A stretch of 64,000 nucleotides of DNA from an uncultured Actinomycetes bacterium. GTDB lineage: Bacteria > Actinomycetota > Thermoleophilia > Solirubrobacterales > Solirubrobacteraceae. Positions 46,882 to 55,677 of the stretch are shown piece by piece. Within the stretch, counting starts at the first letter, position 1, and every line of letters begins with the position of its first letter. The stretch lies in assembly GCA_963795505.1 (NCBI GenBank), contig CAWCIB010000002.1, positions 7,480 to 71,479 of the forward strand, given 5' to 3'. The notes beneath the pieces are model-generated. The model had not been told where the DNA came from. It saw only the letters and a program-made list of their open reading frames with translations, and searched no databases. The position numbers were made by a program, and so were the translations under genes.

Positions 46882-48433
46882 AGCTCGCGATGTCCCCGTC
46901 GAGCGTCCCTTGCGACACGTACTGGCCCGTGTGTACGTACGCGACCTTGCCGGTCCGGCCGATGAAGACTGTCGTCGGATAGCCGATCACTCCGCCGGGG
47001 ACGATCGAAGGGAGGTTGGTTCTGCTGGCCTGGTAGCTCGGGTAGCTGACCAGGTGGGCCGCGAGGAACGCGCGCGCGTCGCCGGAAGTGTCGTCGGTGT
47101 CGGCGCCGAGGAATGCGACCTGGCGGCCGTAGCGGGTAGACGCCGAGGCAAACAGCCCAAACTCGGCCTTGCACGGCGGGCACCACGATGCCCAGACGTT
47201 GAGCACGATCGGGTAGCCCTTGAGCGCTCGGATCCGCGCGGCGAGCGCGGGCTCGCTGCCGAGCAGTTGGCTTGACTGGTCGTGAAGGCCGGCCAGCAGC
47301 GGCGGTGAGCCGGCGAGCGCCGCCTTGGCGTTCGCGGGCGGTCCGGCCGCGCGCGCAAGGGCCTCCTTGACCCGGGCGACGAGCTTGGCCTCGGTTGGCC
47401 AGCCCAGCGTGGAGACGTCGTAGTACCAGGCGATCTGCCCGCTCGAGGACGTGACCATCAGCCACGGCAGATCCTGGACCTCGTAGCCGTCGCCGAGGCG
47501 CCCGTCCCGATCGCTTGCGATCGCATAAGGCAGCGGACTGCGCCATGTGGTCTCAAAGCGCTGGAGCGCTCCTGGTGGCTCGACGCTGGTCTCGTCTATC
47601 GCCTCGACCCGAGGCAGGCCGTGGGTGCGCGCGAACGCGTCGTAATGGGCGAGTCCCTCAAGGCCCGCACGCAGCGAGGTGACCTCCTGATCCCAGGTTG
47701 CAAAGAACAGATACAACCGCGGCGGCCCCGGCCGCGGCGCGATCCCCTTGATCCGGGTGTAGCTCAAACGCGAATTGACGGGCGGGCGGGCCGGCAAGAG
47801 CGTCGAGATCTCCTGAGCGACGACCTGCCCGAGCTGCCCCACGGCCGCGTAGGACTGCTGGGTCACATACAGCCGGGCGAGGTGTCCGTTCGGCCCGATC
47901 ACGAACAGCGCCGGCGTATGGTCGATCTGCCCCGCATTGATCGCGACATCTATGCCATACGCCTTCCAGACGCGCTCGAGCTGCGGACGCGGCGCGGTCA
48001 GGAACTGCCAAGCGTGGAGCATGCCGTGAAGTTCCGAGTAGGAGAACACGTCCTTCACGGCGGTCGCGGTCGGATTAGCGTCGATGCCCAGGAGTTGCAC
48101 GCTCCGCCCGGCACGCCCGAGCATCGCCTTGGCGTCGAGCATCGCGGTCGTCGTGAGCGGGCAGATCGTCGTGCACTCGGAGTCGTTGAAGGCCAGCACT
48201 ACGACCTTGCCGTGGAACGAGCGGAGCGACACGGGGTGCCCGAACTGATCGGTGAGCGTGAAGTCGGGCGCGGGTCGCGACAGCGGCGTACCTGGGTCGA
48301 GGTAGGGGTTGCTGGCCAGGCCGGCGTTGGACGAGGTACCCGCCGTCCCCGCCACGATCAGCGCGACGATCGCGGCGACCACCACGACGGCGAGCCCGCT
48401 GGTAACCGCGATCCTTGGGCGCCCGAATCTCAT
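46865..48433 (-). CDS. SCO1/SenC domain + degenerate thioredoxin domain + TlpA-like redoxin
   Basis: N-terminal anchor; DFTLTDQFG, CTTICP (CxxxC), IDHT; central FFATWD; WASWCPPC. Confidence 0.88.
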   Translation of the reverse strand: MRFGRPRIAVTSGLAVVVVAAIVALIVAGTAGTSSNAGLASNPYLDPGTPLSRPAPDFTLTDQFGHPVSLRSFHGKVVVLAFNDSECTTICPLTTTAMLDAKAMLGRAGRSVQLLGIDANPTATAVKDVFSYSELHGMLHAWQFLTAPRPQLERVWKAYGIDVAINAGQIDHTPALFVIGPNGHLARLYVTQQSYAAVGQLGQVVAQEISTLLPARPPVNSRLSYTRIKGIAPRPGPPRLYLFFATWDQEVTSLRAGLEGLAHYDAFARTHGLPRVEAIDETSVEPPGALQRFETTWRSPLPYAIASDRDGRLGDGYEVQDLPWLMVTSSSGQIAWYYDVSTLGWPTEAKLVARVKEALARAAGPPANAKAALAGSPPLLAGLHDQSSQLLGSEPALAARIRALKGYPIVLNVWASWCPPCKAEFGLFASASTRYGRQVAFLGADTDDTSGDARAFLAAHLVSYPSYQASRTNLPSIVPGGVIGYPTTVFIGRTGKVAYVHTGQYVSQGTLDGDIASYAFGG

Positions 48434-48440
48434 CGCTCTA

Positions 48441-49430
48441 TCAAAGCGCGACCGCAGCGGCGGGGGCCACCTCGCGCTCGTCGTAAAGGCGGAACACCAT
48501 CAGGACCAGGCTCGCAGCGCAGCCCAGCGCCAGCACCGCGGCGGTGCGGGCCACAAACGCCGGCACGGCGATCAGCACGAAGCCGTTGGTCAGGGTCGGA
48601 ATCAGCTCAAGCCCTTCCCAGAGCGCCACGACTGCGATCACGAGGTACGAGAAGAAGCCGGGGCGTCGAAACGCAACGTGGATAAGTCCCCATGCAACGA
48701 AGACGAGCACGAGCACGAGCTCGATCAGCTGACCGACCGAGACGGATGGGCGTCCATGGAGTCCGAGCCCGACAGCCGCGACCGCGATGGCGGCCAGGGC
48801 GGCGAGAGCGAGCATGCGGGCGATAGCGCGGTCGAGCGCCGCGTTCTTGACACGCCAGGCCGCGAGCATGCACAGAATCAACACCGCGATCGGCCAGAAC
48901 CAGACGATCGATGGTGCGCCCGCGTGCCACAGCCCGCCTGTGATCGCGCTCAAGCTGCCGTTGACCAGGATCGGTACGCGCCAGGTGCCGACAAACGATG
49001 CTCCAGGCGCCAGCGCGACTGCCGCTAGGGCATGCAGCCGGCCGTCGTGCCAGCGGTACTGGTGCGCGTTGGTCACCATCCGCCACTCCGGGGGCGTCTG
49101 CGGGCCGAGGCTGGGCGGCGGTGTCTGAGCGACCGGGCTCTGGTTGAGGTAGTACATCGCCGAGTTGTGGTTGACCTCGACGCCCGCCGGCGAGAAACGC
49201 AGATAAGGGGCGCCGCGGTAGTCGAGCACGACGACTGTGTCGGAAGCCGGTGCGTGCAGCCACATCAGCTGGTCGCCGTCGATGACCTTCGCACCCAAGC
49301 CGGGCGGAATGGCTTGGGCCCGCGCTTGGTAGTCGAGCCCGACAGGCGCGATCGGTCCGTGCGCCTGCGCGGCGGCCGGGAGTGCCAACATCACCAACAG
49401 TGAGCCGATCGCTACCGCGCGCCCTCGCAT
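48441..49430 (-). CDS. Exported/membrane hypothetical protein with predicted mature N-terminal His
   Basis: Signal ...LPAAAQA|HGP; YRWHDGRLH motif; about five C-terminal TM helices. Confidence 0.75.
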   Translation of the reverse strand: MRGRAVAIGSLLVMLALPAAAQAHGPIAPVGLDYQARAQAIPPGLGAKVIDGDQLMWLHAPASDTVVVLDYRGAPYLRFSPAGVEVNHNSAMYYLNQSPVAQTPPPSLGPQTPPEWRMVTNAHQYRWHDGRLHALAAVALAPGASFVGTWRVPILVNGSLSAITGGLWHAGAPSIVWFWPIAVLILCMLAAWRVKNAALDRAIARMLALAALAAIAVAAVGLGLHGRPSVSVGQLIELVLVLVFVAWGLIHVAFRRPGFFSYLVIAVVALWEGLELIPTLTNGFVLIAVPAFVARTAAVLALGCAASLVLMVFRLYDEREVAPAAAVAL

Positions 49431-50014
49431 TGCTCGCCATGTTGGCACTCGTCGCCGGTCTCTCAGCCGGTCCTGCTCGAGCCGACGGCGACCCAGCCTC
49501 GGACGTACTCGCGACGCAGTCGCTGTTTCTGCCCCAGGACGCAGGCGTCCCGGCAGGCCAGCAGGCGCAGCTTCAGGCGCTGCTCGGCGAGGCCGGGCGC
49601 GCCGGTTATCCGATTCGCGTGGCGCTGGTCGCCTCAGCAACGGATCTAGGCTCCATCACCGCCCTCTGGCGCCAGCCGCAGCTATATGCAAGGTTTCTTG
49701 GCCAGGAACTGTCGCTCGTCTACCGCGGCCCCCTGGTGGTCGTGATGCCGACCGGCATCGGCGTGTACAACGCCCATCTTTCGAGCGCCCCTGGCGGATC
49801 CGGCCTCGCAGGCGCGGCCGAGGCCGTCGTCATACGCCTTGCGGCTGATGCCGGCCACTCGCTGGCGACCCCTTACGCGCCGCTCTCGAGGGGGAGGAAC
49901 CGGAGCGACGCGACGCCATGGATCGCGTTCGCGATCGGCGCGGCGCTGGTCGCCCTGGCTTGGGGCTTGAGCCTCCGGGCGCGTCCGCTGCGCCTCAGTG
50001 CAGGCGGATCTTGA
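49400..50014 (+). CDS. Exported, C-terminally anchored hypothetical protein (D.DPASD family, paralog B); start 49400 or 49439
   Basis: ...GPARA|DGDPASDVL; shares PI..AL..S.TDLG, PQ.YA.FL.QEL and VVM..G.G with paralog A. Confidence 0.75.
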   Translation: MSRSLPRALALLAMLALVAGLSAGPARADGDPASDVLATQSLFLPQDAGVPAGQQAQLQALLGEAGRAGYPIRVALVASATDLGSITALWRQPQLYARFLGQELSLVYRGPLVVVMPTGIGVYNAHLSSAPGGSGLAGAAEAVVIRLAADAGHSLATPYAPLSRGRNRSDATPWIAFAIGAALVALAWGLSLRARPLRLSAGGS

Positions 50015-50079
50015 TCGTCTTGACTTTGCACGAGCGAATCTAAGCCTTCAGTTTCCCGACCTGCCTTAAACTCGCCACA

Positions 50080-50673
50080 GTGACCGGAGCGAGCGAACTG
50101 GCGGACGCCCTGCTGCCGAAGACGAAGGCCGCGATCGCGTACGCCGAGCGCAAACACTCGGGCCAGCAGCGCTCCGACGGCAGCCCATTCATCAAGCACC
50201 CGCTCGAGGTCGCGTCAGTCCTGCAAGACGCGGGGGCTCCGGATCATCTGGTTGCCGCCGGCGTTCTGCACGACGTGCTCGAAAAGACCGACGTCAGCGT
50301 CTCGGCGCTCAAGCGCCACTTCGGCACCAAGACGGCGCTGCTCGTCGCGGCCGTCAGCGACGACGACTCGATCGCGAGCTACGCAAAGCGCAAGGCGGCA
50401 CTTCGCCGCCAGGCCGCCGCGGCGGGTGACGAGGCACTTACGCTGTTCGCCGCCGACAAGCTCTCAAAGATGCGCGAACTGCACCGCGAGGCAGAGCGTG
50501 GCCGGGATGCGGGCAGGCAGGTCCGCGTGCTTCGCGCACGGCGCATCAAGCACTATCAGCGGTCGCTCGCAATGGTCGAGGAGCGCATCCCCGACTCGCC
50601 AGTCGTCGGGGCACTACGGGACGAGTACCGCGCGCTGCTGGAGCTGCGCGGGACCACACCCGCCATGCCCTGA
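50080..50673 (+). CDS. Stand-alone HD-domain protein (RelA/SpoT HD, Mesh1/SAH-like)
   Basis: H.GQ.R..G.PFI.HPLEVA, LHDVLEKT, ADKL. Confidence 0.88.
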   Translation: MTGASELADALLPKTKAAIAYAERKHSGQQRSDGSPFIKHPLEVASVLQDAGAPDHLVAAGVLHDVLEKTDVSVSALKRHFGTKTALLVAAVSDDDSIASYAKRKAALRRQAAAAGDEALTLFAADKLSKMRELHREAERGRDAGRQVRVLRARRIKHYQRSLAMVEERIPDSPVVGALRDEYRALLELRGTTPAMP

Positions 50674-50687
50674 GCGTTCGCCGGGAG

Positions 50688-51341
50688 TCAGCTCGGCGAG
50701 GCGATGAGCTCGCTTTCCGCGCCGATTCGAGCGAGAGTCGTGGCGTCGCCTTCGTAGCTGACCCCTGCCGCTTCCGCGTCGGCTAGCTGAAGTAGTCCGA
50801 TCAGGAGACCCATGATCGGCATGTGAGGTCCGGAAAGCGTGACGTCGGCGCTGTCCGCCGAGCCGAGGCGGGTATGGATCGCGCCGTCTCGCGTCTCGAT
50901 CACGATCGGCTGATCGCCGGTCTGTAGCTCGACGATGACGGGGGACGCCTCCGGCTGGCGGTCGATGAGCATCAGCTCGAGCGCGGCCGCTAGCCACTGG
51001 CTGTGGACGGCGTCGCCGGGCTTGTGCTCGGCCATCAGCGGCATGCCCCAGCGGGCCAGGTCATCGAGCACCGAGCGTAGCTGCTTGCCGCGCGCGGTCA
51101 GGCGAAAGAGGGTGGTCGCGATCGGTGGTGGCGCCTCCTCGCGTTCGATGACGCCGGCGTGCTCGAGTTCCCGGAGGCGCTGGGCGAGGAGGTTTGAAGC
51201 AATGCCAGGCAGCCCGTTGCGCAGGTCTGTGTAGCGACACGCCCCGCGCTCGACAAGCTCGCGCACGATCAACAGCGTCCAACGATCGCCGACCACGTCG
51301 AGCGATTTAGCAATCGAGCAGTACTGGTCGTAGGACTTCAT
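50688..51341 (-). CDS. HxlR-family winged-helix regulator with SCP2-like C-terminus
   Basis: YDQYCSIAKSLDVVGDRWTLLIVREL...CRY.DLR..LPGI.SNLL..RLRELE. Confidence 0.92.
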   Translation of the reverse strand: MKSYDQYCSIAKSLDVVGDRWTLLIVRELVERGACRYTDLRNGLPGIASNLLAQRLRELEHAGVIEREEAPPPIATTLFRLTARGKQLRSVLDDLARWGMPLMAEHKPGDAVHSQWLAAALELMLIDRQPEASPVIVELQTGDQPIVIETRDGAIHTRLGSADSADVTLSGPHMPIMGLLIGLLQLADAEAAGVSYEGDATTLARIGAESELIASPS

Positions 51342-51453
51342 GGGGGCCTACTTTAGCAAGTTGCTTGACTGTCTGCATCAATTACTTGACTTTCTTGTCT
51401 TCTTAGTTTAGAACTTGTTCCCATCTTGTCAGCCGTGCTCCGTAGGAGGAGTC
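51342..51453. promoter_or_regulatory. AT-rich divergent control region with candidate HxlR operator
   Basis: Palindrome AGCAA-G-TTGCT 51355-51365; TTGACT at 51365 and 51386; TAAAGT just upstream of the hxlR ATG. Confidence 0.5.
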
Positions 51454-53022
51454 ATGAACCGGAAGCCCTTAATTCTGATCTCGCTGCTGCTGGCGGCGTT
51501 CGTGATCAATGTCGACACGACGATCGTCAACGTCGCGCTGCCCACGCTGGTGCGCCAGCTGCGCGCGTCGACCTCGCAGCTGCAATGGATCGTCGACGCC
51601 TTCAACCTGTTGTTCGCCGGGTCTGTGCTCGCCGCTGGCAGCCTCTCGGACCGATTCGGGCGCAAGGGGATGCTCCTCACAGGGCTTTCGGTGTTCGGTC
51701 TGGCGAGCTTTGCGGGCGGGCTGACGGACAGTCCCGGAGCCCTGATCGCCGCTCGCGCGGTGATGGGCGTGGGTGCGGCGATGGTGTTCCCCTCGACGCT
51801 GTCGCTGCTGACGAACGCGTTCACGCAGCGGCGCGAGCGCGCGCTCGCGATTGGCTTGTGGGGGGCGATCACCGGCGTTGCGATCGCGCTCGGTCCGATC
51901 GTCGGCGGCTGGCTGCTCCAGGCATTCGATTGGCGCGCGATCTTCTTCGCGATGACGCCGGTCGCCGGCGTCGCCGGCGTCCTGACAGCGCGGTACGTGC
52001 AGACCTCGCGTGACCCGCAAGCGCCCAGGACCGACCGCGCGGGATTCGCGCTGTCAACCGCGGTGATCAGCCTGCTGATCTTCACGATCATCGAGGCTCC
52101 GACCCACGGGTGGGGAAGCGCCCGAACCCTCGGCGGCTTCGCACTGACGGCGGTGCTGGCGGCCGGGTTCGTCGCTTGGGAGCGTCGCACCGAGCAACCG
52201 ATGCTCGACTTGAGCCTGTTCGGAAACCCGAGGTTCACCGCGGCCAGCGCATCGGTCGCGATCTCGTTCTTCGCGCTATCCGGGTTCATCTTCCTCGTGA
52301 CCCAGTACTTCCAGTTCCTCAAGGGCTACGGCCCGCTGTCGACGGGCGTCCGCCTGCTACCGGTGGCGAGCTGCGTGGCGATCTCCTCGATCCTTGGCGC
52401 CAGGCTCGCGGTGCGAATCGGGACGAAGCTCGTCGTCGCGTCCGGGTTGATGTTGATGGCCGCGTTCTACCTGTGGGTGACCACCGTCGCCGTCACCACC
52501 AGCTACGGGACGATCGCGGCGCAGATGGTCGTGCTGGGGACGGGCATGGGTCTCACCAGCGCGCCGGCGACCGAGGCGATCATGGGCGTGGTCCCGAAGG
52601 CCCGGGCCGGTGTGGGGTCGGCGGTCAACGACGCCACACGCCTACTGGGCGCCACGCTCGGCGTGGCCGTGATCGGCAGCGTGTACGCGTCGCTGTACGC
52701 CAGCCGTCTCACGAGTGCGGTCACGGTCCGCTTGCCGGCCGCTGCCGCGCGGACCGCACACGCGTCGATCGGTGCGGCGCTCACCGTCGCAGCCAAGCTC
52801 GCCCATGCCGGTCATGCAGCGCTCGCCGCGGCAATCCACAACGGTGCCAGCGCCGCCTTCTTCCACGGCTTCCACGCCGGCAACTACGTCTCGGCCGGGG
52901 TCGCCACCGCGGGCGCGTTAATGGCGCTCTGGCTGCTGCCTGCCCACCCGACCGTTGGCGCCGACGAGGGGGCTGAGGCCCAAGCAATTGGCGCGCCCGC
53001 CACAGCCTCGGCGCACAGCTGA
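51454..53022 (+). CDS. DHA2 (EmrB/QacA-like) MFS transporter
   Basis: AGGAGG RBS; DTTIVNVALP, LSDRFGRK, LGPIVGGWL; about 14 TM segments. Confidence 0.95.
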   Translation: MNRKPLILISLLLAAFVINVDTTIVNVALPTLVRQLRASTSQLQWIVDAFNLLFAGSVLAAGSLSDRFGRKGMLLTGLSVFGLASFAGGLTDSPGALIAARAVMGVGAAMVFPSTLSLLTNAFTQRRERALAIGLWGAITGVAIALGPIVGGWLLQAFDWRAIFFAMTPVAGVAGVLTARYVQTSRDPQAPRTDRAGFALSTAVISLLIFTIIEAPTHGWGSARTLGGFALTAVLAAGFVAWERRTEQPMLDLSLFGNPRFTAASASVAISFFALSGFIFLVTQYFQFLKGYGPLSTGVRLLPVASCVAISSILGARLAVRIGTKLVVASGLMLMAAFYLWVTTVAVTTSYGTIAAQMVVLGTGMGLTSAPATEAIMGVVPKARAGVGSAVNDATRLLGATLGVAVIGSVYASLYASRLTSAVTVRLPAAAARTAHASIGAALTVAAKLAHAGHAALAAAIHNGASAAFFHGFHAGNYVSAGVATAGALMALWLLPAHPTVGADEGAEAQAIGAPATASAHS

Positions 53023-53054
53023 CGAACCACCAGATCAGACAGGAGACAGCAACC

Positions 53055-53636
53055 ATGGCAATCCAGCAACCCACGCCGCCCGCGACCACAGAAGCGGACG
53101 ATCCGACCGAGGCGAACATCGATGTCGCGCTCGAGCGCAACCGCGCCTTCGCGGCCGCCGGTGGCCACCACGGGGCGGTCGTGTTTCCCAACATGCGTCT
53201 CTTCGTGGTCACGTGTCTGGATCCGCGCGTCGACCCGGCGCACTTCCTCGGCCTCGGCCTCAGCGACGCGATGGTCGTCCGGAACGTCGGCGGGCAAGTC
53301 ACGCCGGAGGTGATCAACGACGCGGCGTTCATCGAGCAGCTCGCCGGGAACGCGCTGCCCGAGGGGCCGCTGTTCGAGGTAGCCGTGATCCACCACACCC
53401 AGTGCGGAACCGGGGCATTCGCCGACGAAGCGTTCCGACGCCGGTACGCCGAGCGGATCGGCGCCGAGGAGTCGGCGTTGCGCGAGCGCGCGATCCTCGA
53501 CCCCGCGGCCACGGTCACGCGCGACGTCGCGCGCCTCCGCACCGCACTGGGGATCGAAACGCGTGTGAGTGTGTCCGGCCACGTCTACGACGTGGTTACG
53601 GGCCTGATGAAGACGACCGTCCACGCTCACCACTGA
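53055..53636 (+). CDS. Beta-carbonic anhydrase-like protein
   Basis: Zn ligands CLDPR and HHTQCG; RNVGG. Confidence 0.9.
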   Translation: MAIQQPTPPATTEADDPTEANIDVALERNRAFAAAGGHHGAVVFPNMRLFVVTCLDPRVDPAHFLGLGLSDAMVVRNVGGQVTPEVINDAAFIEQLAGNALPEGPLFEVAVIHHTQCGTGAFADEAFRRRYAERIGAEESALRERAILDPAATVTRDVARLRTALGIETRVSVSGHVYDVVTGLMKTTVHAHH

Positions 53637-53672
53637 CCAAACGCACAATCACGCCCAAGGAGGCAAAACATC

Positions 53673-53885
53673 ATGAGTACCGCCGTTCCCATTGACCTCG
53701 AGTCCGACCAACCCGATCGCACGCCGACCGAACTATCCGTCGTCGAAGCGACGCAGCAATCGCCGGACGCGTACGCCGTGGACGCCACCCAAGGACGGCA
53801 AGCCGGGTCCGCCCCGTTCGACGATGCGACCCAGGGAAAGCAGATTGGGTTCCGGCCATACGACGACGCGACCCAAGCCCGGTAG
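53673..53885 (+). CDS. 70-aa peptide with four (D/E)ATQ repeats
   Basis: AGGAGG RBS; VEATQQ / VDATQG / DDATQG / DDATQA, the last three at 14-aa period. Confidence 0.7.
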   Translation: MSTAVPIDLESDQPDRTPTELSVVEATQQSPDAYAVDATQGRQAGSAPFDDATQGKQIGFRPYDDATQAR

Positions 53886-54040
53886 ACGCTCACCGGAGCC
53901 TGTCAGCGGGCGGCGGCGTTGCCGTCGCCCGCTGCGATATCGGCTTCGGCGACCTGAAGCATCCCGGCCGTTCGTCGCCTAGGATTCTGGACACGCGGGT
54001 AGCAATGCCCGCGATCCAGGTCATATGAAAGGGAGGAAAT

Positions 54041-55036
54041 ATGCAGTGCGATGGACGGAGGTCTGTCCGGACCGTGGCCGTTCTCGGTGCGTTGCTCGCC
54101 TTGGGCGCGTTGCCATCGGTGGCCGGCGCCAAGGCCGTGTCGCCCGGTCACATTCGCGGGATCGTGACCGCCAATACGAGCGGGGGCAGGGCGCTGGCAT
54201 CCAAGCTGGCGCATCGGGGTCTGTCGATCGGAACCAGCAGCTCCGGCAACCTGCAGTACAACGGCGGGCCGGTGATGCACTCGGACGCAAACTACGCCAT
54301 CTACTGGGAACCGTCCGGTTACAGCACCACGGCGACGTTCAAGAGCATCGTCAATAGCTATTTCACGAATGTTGCCGCGGCCAGCGGGGCCACCAACAAC
54401 AACTACTCGGTGGCCACCCAGTACTACGACGGGTCGGGCAACATCGTCTACAAGGCATCGTCCGGCGGGGCGATCGTGGACACGGACCCCTACCCATCGC
54501 TCGGCTGTGTCTCGACGACGCTCGGCCCGTGCATCAACGACTCGCAGCTGCAGACCGAGCTGGCCAACCTGATTGCCAGCAAGGGCCTGCCGACGGGCTT
54601 GGGGACGGAGTACTTCGTGTACTTCCCACCGGGTGTCACGACCTGCACGAGCTCGGCCAGCTACGAGTGCTCGGGCACGATCTATTGCGCCTACCACAGC
54701 TCGATGGGGTCGGGAGCCTCAACCGTGCTGTACGCCGACATGCCCTACGACGGAGTCTCGGGCTGTGAGAGCGGCGAGTATCCGAACGGCGACACAGGTG
54801 GCGACTCTGAGCTGAACGTCACCAGCCACGAGAACATCGAGACGCTGACCGACCCGCTCGGAACTGCGTGGTACGACTCCAGCGGCAACGAGATCGGGGA
54901 CAAGTGCAACTTCACCTTCGGGTCCCCACTCGGAGGTGCGTCGGGCGCGGAGTACAACGAGCAGATCAGCAGCGGCGACTACTACCTCCAGGAGGAGTGG
55001 AGCAACGCCGCGTCGGGCTGCGTCCAGCGACCGTGA
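54041..55036 (+). CDS. Secreted Cys-rich protein, PHI-1/EXORDIUM-like
   Basis: GGGAGG RBS; signal peptide; LQYNGGPVM, CAYHS, SHE..E.LTDP, EIGDKC, YLQEEWSN. Confidence 0.75.
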   Translation: MQCDGRRSVRTVAVLGALLALGALPSVAGAKAVSPGHIRGIVTANTSGGRALASKLAHRGLSIGTSSSGNLQYNGGPVMHSDANYAIYWEPSGYSTTATFKSIVNSYFTNVAAASGATNNNYSVATQYYDGSGNIVYKASSGGAIVDTDPYPSLGCVSTTLGPCINDSQLQTELANLIASKGLPTGLGTEYFVYFPPGVTTCTSSASYECSGTIYCAYHSSMGSGASTVLYADMPYDGVSGCESGEYPNGDTGGDSELNVTSHENIETLTDPLGTAWYDSSGNEIGDKCNFTFGSPLGGASGAEYNEQISSGDYYLQEEWSNAASGCVQRP

Positions 55037-55101
55037 ACCAACCCTGACCGACAGCGCCGGCGGAGGTATGCACCTTCGCCGGCGCCGATCGCGGACGAAG
55101 G

Positions 55102-55114
55102 CGATGGCGAGACC
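55102..55114 (-). repeat. 13-bp copy of the tRNA-Phe 3' end (att-like)
   Basis: cgatggcgagacc is identical to 55844-55856. Confidence 0.55.
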
Positions 55115-55341
55115 GAGGCGATTCGCGGATCGCCTCGCGAGCGTTCGCCTTCGCCCACGCATCTTCGCCTGCGTCGAGCTCTCCTCCGGGAGCTCGGGCT
55201 TCCAGGTACGCGTCAAGCGCGGCGTTGGCTCGGACAAACCGTGAGCGCGCACGATCGAGATCGAGCCCGCCCCAGTGCACCGATGACTTGCGCGACAAAC
55301 CGTGGTCTTTGCTTGTACTGACCACGTCCACGGAGGAACCC

Positions 55342-55677
55342 ATGACAAACCACCTGCCACACGGAACTTTGCCCGGAAGCGACACCGCCGAGGTTTTCCA
55401 CGGCCATGAACACGGCGACGTCCCAATCTCGATGTTCCTCGTCCACAACCGCCCCGGTGACGGGCCCGAGCTACATCGCCACCCCTACCCGGAGATCTTC
55501 GTCGTCCACCGCGGGCAAGCTCGATTTGAACTCGACGGCGCCGCCCTCACCGCGGAACCCGGCGACGTCGTGATCGCCCCGGCCGGAGCCGCTCACCGCT
55601 TCACGAACACGGGCTCCGACGAGCTATCGATGACCTGCGTTCACGCCGCCAGCGAGATGGCGACCGATTGGCTGTGA
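55342..55677 (+). CDS. Cupin domain protein
   Basis: GGAGG RBS; GPELHRHPYPEIFVV..G.A.F...PGDVVIAPAG..H.F.N. Confidence 0.9.
   Translation: MTNHLPHGTLPGSDTAEVFHGHEHGDVPISMFLVHNRPGDGPELHRHPYPEIFVVHRGQARFELDGAALTAEPGDVVIAPAGAAHRFTNTGSDELSMTCVHAASEMATDWL

Noticed and set aside
8790-53885. Graspetide cluster formed by the ATP-grasp gene and the DATQ peptide
   Set aside because: They are about 44 kb apart and the ligase looks D-aspartate-ligase-like rather than RimK/MvdD-like; nothing in the sequence links them.
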